NCBI GenBank assembly: GCA_040755455.1
Contig: JBFMAY010000004.1
Location: 32,001 to 96,000, forward strand
Length of the DNA stretch: 64,000 bases
Reading direction: 5' to 3'
From: Thermodesulfobacteriota bacterium
GTDB taxonomy: Bacteria > Desulfobacterota > Desulfobulbia > Desulfobulbales > SURF-16
Positions 60,780 to 64,000 of the stretch are shown here, piece by piece. The notes beneath the pieces are model-generated. The model searched no databases and was not told where the DNA came from. It saw only the letters and a list, made by a program, of their open reading frames with translations. The position numbers and the translations under genes are program-made. Each line of letters starts with the position of its first letter. Position 1 is the first letter of the stretch.

Positions 60780-62555
60780 ATGTCAACTCTGACATGGAGT
60801 TACATAATGGTTGGATCCACCTTCAGCCTTTATCTATGTATAGCTTGGCTTGCCAGGGTTAAAACAACCAGCGGGTTTTATGTTGCCGGTGGCGGTGTTT
60901 CACCTCTCGCCAACGGCATGGCCACAGCTGCTGACTGGTTGAGCGCCGCCTCTTTCGTTTCCATGGCCGGGATGATCTCATTTATGGGTTACGCAGGTTC
61001 AGTTTATCTGCTCGGCTGGACCGGCGGCTATGTGCTGCTGGCGCTGCTGCTGGCGCCCTATCTGAGGAAATTCGGCAAATTCACCGTTCCGGACTTTATC
61101 GGTGACCGCTATTATTCCGACATTGCCCGTTTTGTCGCTCTTGTCTGTGGCATCTTTGTGTCATTTACCTATGTTGCCGGCCAGATGCGCGGCGTCGGCA
61201 TTGTTTTCAGCCGTTTTCTTGAAGTAGACGTTAACACCGGCGTTCTCATCGCCATGGCCATCGTCTTCTTCTATGCCTCACTGGGGGGCATGAAGGGTAT
61301 TACCTATACCCAGGTGGCCCAGTATCTGGTGCTTATTGTTGCCTATCTTGTCCCTGCCTTTGCTATTTCATTAAAAATCACCGGGACTTTCCTGCCGCAG
61401 ATCGGCTTCGGCTCCACCATTGCTGAAGGCGCCGATGCCGGCAAGTATCTGCTGGATGTGCTCAACCACTTGAACACAGACCTGGGCTTTTCCGAATACA
61501 CCAAGGCCTTTGACCAAGGCAGCAAGTCCATGCTGGACGTCTTCTGCATCACCATGGCGCTGATGGTTGGCACGGCAGGCCTGCCCCACGTCATCATCCG
61601 TTTCTACACGGTGGCCAGTGTCCATGCTGCCCGTCTCAGCGCCGGTTACGCTCTGATTTTTATCGCCATTCTCTATACCACCGCACCGGCAATTGCTTCT
61701 TTTACCCGTTACAACATGATTAATTCCATCAGCGGCGTCGAATATTCCAAAGCCCCTTCCTGGTTTAAAAACTGGGAAAAAACAGGCCTTATTGCCTGGG
61801 CCGACAAAAACCAGAACGGTATTGTTGAATATTCCCCGGGTGACCCCTTTGCCGGAAAACCCACATTCACCGGAGAAAAAGGCTCCTACGGGCAGGAACT
61901 TCTTGCCAATAATCCCGCTGACAACAAGAACGAGCTTTACATTGACAATGACATCATGGTGCTGGCCAATCCGGAAATCGCCAATCTCCCCCCCTGGGTT
62001 ATCGCCCTCGTTGCTGCCGGTGCCCTTGCCGCTGCCCTTTCAACTGCTTCCGGACTGCTGTTGGTAATTTCCTCCTCCATCTCCCATGATCTCTACTATC
62101 GTCTTATCAACCGCAACGCCTCTGAAAAACAGAGGCTAATGGTTGGCCGCATCATGATAGGAGTGGCCGTGTGCGTGTCAGGATATTTCGGCATCAATCC
62201 TCCGGGCTTTGTGGCGCAGGTTGTCGCCTTTGCCTTCGGTCTTGCCGCTTCATCGTTCTTCCCAATTATCATTCTTGGCATTTTTGTTAAAAGGGCAAAT
62301 CGCGAAGGGGCAATCTGCGGTATGATCGCGGGTCTCATCTTCACCAGCTCCTACATTGTCAATATCAAATTCATGGGCGGCACCCCCTGGTGCCTCGGCA
62401 TCAGCGCTGAAGGTATCGGCACCGTTGGCATGCTCATCAATTTTGTCGTGACACTGCTTGTTTCCTTTTTCACCGCTCCTCCGCCTGCAGAGGTCCAAGA
62501 GATGGTGGAAAACATCCGTTTCCCCAGGGGAGTAGGCGCCAGCATTGATCACTAG
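60780..62555 (+). CDS. actP: Sodium:solute symporter, ActP-like (probable acetate/monocarboxylate permease)
   Basis: NGMATAADWLSAASF, GKFTVPDF, GTAGLPHVIIRFYT; many TM helices. Confidence 0.85.
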   Translation: MSTLTWSYIMVGSTFSLYLCIAWLARVKTTSGFYVAGGGVSPLANGMATAADWLSAASFVSMAGMISFMGYAGSVYLLGWTGGYVLLALLLAPYLRKFGKFTVPDFIGDRYYSDIARFVALVCGIFVSFTYVAGQMRGVGIVFSRFLEVDVNTGVLIAMAIVFFYASLGGMKGITYTQVAQYLVLIVAYLVPAFAISLKITGTFLPQIGFGSTIAEGADAGKYLLDVLNHLNTDLGFSEYTKAFDQGSKSMLDVFCITMALMVGTAGLPHVIIRFYTVASVHAARLSAGYALIFIAILYTTAPAIASFTRYNMINSISGVEYSKAPSWFKNWEKTGLIAWADKNQNGIVEYSPGDPFAGKPTFTGEKGSYGQELLANNPADNKNELYIDNDIMVLANPEIANLPPWVIALVAAGALAAALSTASGLLLVISSSISHDLYYRLINRNASEKQRLMVGRIMIGVAVCVSGYFGINPPGFVAQVVAFAFGLAASSFFPIIILGIFVKRANREGAICGMIAGLIFTSSYIVNIKFMGGTPWCLGISAEGIGTVGMLINFVVTLLVSFFTAPPPAEVQEMVENIRFPRGVGASIDH

Positions 62556-62807
62556 CGCTCTTATCCGAACAATAGCCGGTCTTTCCCGAAAAGAGTAAAT
62601 CACCCTTGTATCCAGTTTTTTTCCATGTTAAACAGAGCGAATTAATAATTTTTGTCATTATGGAAATTCTATCTGCGCACGGTGCAGACGAAAAGCATCC
62701 CTTCGCCAGGCGAACCGGCTTCTGAATCGCTAAAAAACATTAATCCGTTTTCCGAGAAACCAACAAGCGAACACCAACTGCACCACAACAGTATATGGAA
62801 ATCGTCC

Positions 62808-64000
62808 ATGTCTGACTTTGATAATTCGTTATTTATTTTTCGTGATGAGGGCGGCAAACGCTGGCCGCGTCTACGACTTGTCCTGATGCTCGCCAGTTTG
62901 CTTTTTTTCCTGGGTGCCGTGCTTTTTGTAAGGTTCCTCATCATAACGCCGCAACTGCAGTTGCCTGCCGCCGTCCAGCAGCTCCGTGCCCATTTACGCA
63001 GCGGGGTGCAGCAGGACAACCTGACCTCTCCTGCCGCCCCTGCGCCGCTTTGGCTGCGTTTCAGCAAAACCAAGGGGCTTTCCCCTGCTTCCTCGCCGTC
63101 CAAGAAACCTGCCGCCTTGGAGGTAATGGACACCGCCGCTGAGGTTAGGCTCGGTTTCTATGTCAGCTGGGATCCCGCCAGTTACGAGTCTCTCCTGGCC
63201 CATGCCGGTCAACTGACCCATGTCAGTCCGGAATGGTTGACCCTTGTCGACGGCGAAGGGAACCTGCAGATGAAATCCGACCGGCAGGTGCTGGAGGTGG
63301 CCAAAGACAACGAAATCATCTTATTGCCGCTCCTGCGCAACCTGGTCGGCGACACCTGGCAGCCCGAGGCGGTCGAAGGCCTGATCAATGGCCCGCAGGC
63401 GCGGCAGGATCGCTTTATCGCCCGTTTACTTGACCATCTCCTGGAGGCGGAGGCAGGCGGCGTGCTCATTGACTGGAACCAGATCGACCCGGCCTACCAG
63501 CAGTCTCTCACGCTGCTGCTCAGCCGTCTGGCTGATGCCCTCCACGGACAGGAAATGCAGCTCTGGCTGTGCATCCCCGTGGGGCTTGAACTGAAAGCCT
63601 TTGACCTTGAGACCCTCGCCACCGTCGTCGATCGTTTTGTGGCTGTGCTCCATGATGAAAACTCCGAAGTTGATCTTCCCGGCCCTATCGCCTCCCAGCC
63701 CTGGTTTGACGGCTGGCTGCAGACCCTTCTCGCTTACGGCAAGCCTTCCCAGTGGGTGATCGCCCTCGGCGCCTACGGATACGACTGGGCGCAGGGACAA
63801 ATACAGGCACAGACCATAGGCTTTGCCGATATCATGACCAGGGCAGGCCGGGCCGGTTTGCATGACTGCCGCTCCAGGCAGCCATTGTACAATCCCCATT
63901 TCTCCTATATGGATAATGACACGGAACACACGGTCTGGTTTCTCGATGGCGTCACATTTTTCAATCAGGTCTGTTCCGCCCGCCGGCTGCATGCCGGGGG
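62808..64000 (+). CDS. Membrane-anchored GH18-domain protein, 3'-truncated; likely N-terminus of a GH18 / polysaccharide deacetylase / GT2 multidomain protein
   Basis: Hand translation (absent from the ORF track because it has no stop in the window): MSDFDNSLFIFRDEGGKRWPR, TM helix, GFYVSWDPASYESL, LTHVSPEWL, VLIDWN, PGPIASQPWF, LGAYGYDW, HTVWFLD. Confidence 0.85.
   Translation, partial: MSDFDNSLFIFRDEGGKRWPRLRLVLMLASLLFFLGAVLFVRFLIITPQLQLPAAVQQLRAHLRSGVQQDNLTSPAAPAPLWLRFSKTKGLSPASSPSKKPAALEVMDTAAEVRLGFYVSWDPASYESLLAHAGQLTHVSPEWLTLVDGEGNLQMKSDRQVLEVAKDNEIILLPLLRNLVGDTWQPEAVEGLINGPQARQDRFIARLLDHLLEAEAGGVLIDWNQIDPAYQQSLTLLLSRLADALHGQEMQLWLCIPVGLELKAFDLETLATVVDRFVAVLHDENSEVDLPGPIASQPWFDGWLQTLLAYGKPSQWVIALGAYGYDWAQGQIQAQTIGFADIMTRAGRAGLHDCRSRQPLYNPHFSYMDNDTEHTVWFLDGVTFFNQVCSARRLHAG

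Noticed and set aside
63426..63992. 188-aa minus-strand ORF at the window end
   Set aside because: It is antisense to the GH18-domain gene that runs off the window on the + strand.
1..64000. CRISPR arrays, IS elements, prophage or defence genes
   Set aside because: No regularly spaced repeats or corresponding protein motifs were observed.

Overview
Chromosomal window from an anaerobic Gram-negative bacterium; gene content and order suggest Desulfobacterota, possibly Desulfobulbaceae (inference). It contains, in order: (1) an accessory Na+-type N-ATPase operon, atpD(partial)-C-Q-R-B-E-F-A-G (1-6.3 kb); (2) an AT-rich control region and a co-oriented multiheme electron-transfer cluster (7.0-15.8 kb) made of a CbcA/CbcL-like membrane-anchored cytochrome c, a cytochrome b fused to a triheme c domain, an NHL beta-propeller, a 22-heme cytochrome with three tandem OmcE-like tetraheme modules, a 15-heme modular possible lipoprotein and a tetraheme c554-type protein, followed directly by a heme-c-sensing hybrid kinase with a Cys-rich insert and further two-component genes; (3) a CDF transporter, tpx, a degenerate rubrerythrin and a hybrid kinase; (4) a chemosensory cluster joined to a PP2C / anti-sigma / STAS partner switch; (5) core genes: tRNA-Asp, tRNA-Val, lon, clpX, clpP, tig, tRNA-Leu, a core (MesB-like) methionine synthase, lysS, lolC/E, lolD, bamA, mfd, surA-like, rodZ-like, recO, a DUF4212/actP-like pair, and a 3'-truncated GH18-domain protein missing from the ORF track. 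No CRISPR array, integrase or transposase was seen. The best candidate for an undescribed system is the porin-less cytochrome cluster (51 canonical CxxCH motifs counted by eye, including the kinase) with its concatenated OmcE-like protein and dedicated heme sensor. All calls come from reading motifs by eye; no database search was run.
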